From: Harriotta raleighana | Taxonomy: Eukaryota | Reading direction: 5' to 3' | Length of the DNA stretch: 64,000 bases | Assembly: GCA_050575255.1 (NCBI GenBank) | Contig: JBNZDD010013729.1 | Span: 8,974,028 to 9,038,027, forward strand | Part shown: piece after piece, positions 62,120 through 64,000 of the stretch | Layout: every line of letters begins with the position of its first letter | Numbering within the stretch: position 1 is the stretch's first letter | Made by a program: the position numbers and the translations under genes | The notes under the pieces: model-generated | What the model was told of the DNA's origin: nothing | Databases searched by the model: none | The model's input: only the letters and a program-made list of their open reading frames with translations

Positions 62120-62649
62120 GATTCATCAGAAAAACTCAGCAAAATAAAATTCCGGTTTATTGGACAAACTGGTTCACACATACAATAGGCCGCAATGGAC
62201 AGTATTTCATAGACAAAACCTTGATCTTTGGCCTTTCCACCTCATACAAACCAACTACTTATAGTACAGCTAAAGTACATACACAAGGTTATTGGAATGC
62301 ACAGATTAATTGTTTTTACAGGTTACCTTTAAGATAATGTGGTCACGATGTGGTCAAACCACCAGTAAAACTCTGTTTTACAGAAGAACGTCAAAGCCCT
62401 GTTTGGTTGCCGGAGATCATGGTTTAAATTGTCTGACCTCCAACTGTATGTACAAAAATATAAAATGTAAATAAAAATACAAACAAATTCTCCTTTAGGA
62501 TTTTAAGAAAGTAGGGCCATGAATTCTTAAGTCATTTTTATGTTTTATTTTAAAAATCCTGCAGTTTTCTTGTACTGGTGTACACTACTTAATGGTGACC
62601 ACTTTTTCCAACAGAAAAATGGGGGGTAGAATGTGGATGGAAATGCAGT
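62120..62649 (-). other. PTMA: PTMA 3'UTR with polyA signal AATAAA (62161-62156)
   Basis: Blocks such as tttgtatttttatttacattttatatttttgtacata and tagctgtactataagtagttggtttgtatgag, and the end aataaac-ggaattttattttgctgagtt, match the human PTMA UTR as recalled. Confidence 0.85.
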
Positions 62650-62694
62650 TTAGTCAGCACCATCTGTTTTCTGCTTCTTGGTTTCAACCTTGCC
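62650..62694 (-). CDS. PTMA: PTMA last coding exon
   Basis: ccccag|GGCAAGGTTGAAACCAAGAAGCAGAAAACAGATGGTGCTGACTAA. Confidence 0.92.
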   Translation of the reverse strand, partial: GKVETKKQKTDGAD

Positions 62695-64000
62695 CTGGGG
62701 GGAATCGGAAAAAATTGGAGCTGTAAGAATTGGTGTAGTTTCTCACTTATAAAAGTAAAACATCACTGAACGACCACATTGTAGCAAAGGACTGACATGT
62801 CATGTCTGATGATCTTACTTTCCATTGTCGCTTTATCAAGAGTTATACAAGTGTGAAGGGGTGGTGGGGGGGGGAGGGAGGGGGGGGGCAGGGGAGAAAG
62901 GAGAGAGAAGCAGGTTTAGTCATGTGTTACGTGGATTTACTGGTCAGGGTACCTGTGGCACGGATCCACAAGTTGTGAAGCTGAACAAGTGGGAAAAGAA
63001 AGCAGGTTATTTTCTGTGGTTTTTTCTTTAGCATTAATAACAATACATTAAACAAGTTACCTCATCATCTTCAGCCGCCCGTTTTACTGCAGGTGACTCA
63101 CACTCATCCTCATCGCCTTCCTCATCTAAAAGAGAAAGAAAGTTGTTTTTTAAATATTCTGAAATGCGTACAGGAAATATGCCGTTTTGCTGAGCATTCG
63201 ACTGTACAATAACCACATTTCATTTGAAACATATTTCTGCTATCTCTCTTTCATTGTGACTCATTTGAAGGCAAAAATCTGCCTTGTTTAGGAACAATGA
63301 ACCCTGCACACAAGAACACCTGAAAAATTCAAGAGCATAATCTTGACTATTGTTTATGAAAAAAATGAGTGGTCCATCGACTCGCAGCCATTTCATTTCG
63401 TCCAATCTCAATCTGCTCTGTGCAACACCACTGGCCACAAAGGGGACTTCAATTCCAATCGCATTTTGTAAACTTCTGCTATTCTCCCAATTGGCCATTG
63501 GCGTCACTGTAGAGACCACAAGAATGCACATTTTTCAGTTAGACAAATGGAAACAAACAAGAAAGCCAATAGGACACACCAATTGGAAACTCCCAGAGGA
63601 TGCCTGGGATGGAAGGGCTGAAAGTCACTGAATCATACCTCCCACTGCAATTACAATGCCACACAGACTCCAGCCAAGGAATGTCACACATCCCACCCTC
63701 CCCTCTGGGGGATAAAAGAACATGTTGATACGTTAGTCTTGCAAATAGTAGGGACACAGTTCTTATCCAGGATTCGTGAACTCCACACTTCGGATCTGTG
63801 CAAGTGGGACCCTTCTTTTTGATAACCTCTTTGCTCCAAGTCAACGTTCACCATTCACCACTCACTTCAATATCTGTGAAGGCTTCCTCACAAAGAACCT
63901 GAAGAATCTAGAGGAAGACACAAAGGCTTACCTTCTTCCTCATCTTCCTCCTCATCTTCCTCTCCAACATCTTCACTTTCTTCATCTTCTACCTCTTCTG
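62650..64000 (-). CDS. PTMA: Prothymosin alpha, last three coding exons (>64000-63932, 63125-63061, 62694-62650)
   Basis: Acidic EEVEDEESEDVGEEDEEEDEEE/DEEGDEDECESPAVKRAAEDDE/GKVETKKQKTDGAD*; intron after AAEDDE as in human PTMA; TKKQK NLS; 3'UTR matches the human PTMA UTR as recalled. Confidence 0.92.
63061..63125 (-). CDS. PTMA: PTMA penultimate exon
   Basis: ttttag|ATGAGGAAGGC...GATGATGAG|gtaact. Confidence 0.92.
63932..64000 (-). CDS. PTMA: PTMA acidic exon (cut by window end)
   Basis: GAR/GAY-rich frame ending GAAG|gtaagc (phase 1). Confidence 0.9.

Noticed and set aside
63220-63844. ORFs of 93-103 aa
   Set aside because: Lie inside a PTMA intron with no recognisable domain

Overview
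Vertebrate genomic DNA. The CR1/L2 LINE, tRNA-SINE and Deu-SINE landscape and the compact introns suggest a cartilaginous fish, possibly a chimaera (inference). I reconstructed spliced genes by hand from GT-AG boundaries and phases: the 3' part of MYNN (+, exons to 11492), a complete 11-exon LRRC34 (+, 13867-27047, 434 aa), a 5-coding-exon LRRIQ4 (+, 31605-38071, 581 aa), a single degraded last exon of LRRC31 (-, ~39380-39700) and the last three exons and conserved 3'UTR of prothymosin alpha PTMA (-, 62120 to the window end). Gene names rest on my recollection of the human proteins, not on a database search. MYNN-LRRC34-LRRIQ4-LRRC31 is the human 3q26 (TERC-neighbour) cluster. Here LRRC34 is flipped relative to human, and the cluster ends at a broken LRRC31 next to a gene found at human 2q37. 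The ~22 kb between them has no recognisable protein gene. It does hold a duplicated ~2.6-kb-period unit with CTCF-like repeats and apparently non-coding spliced exons, two orphan divergent promoter-like regions (ETS; palindromic RFX X-box) and several orphan exon-like segments. No telomerase RNA was found. Several single-N sites with flanking duplications are assembly artefacts.
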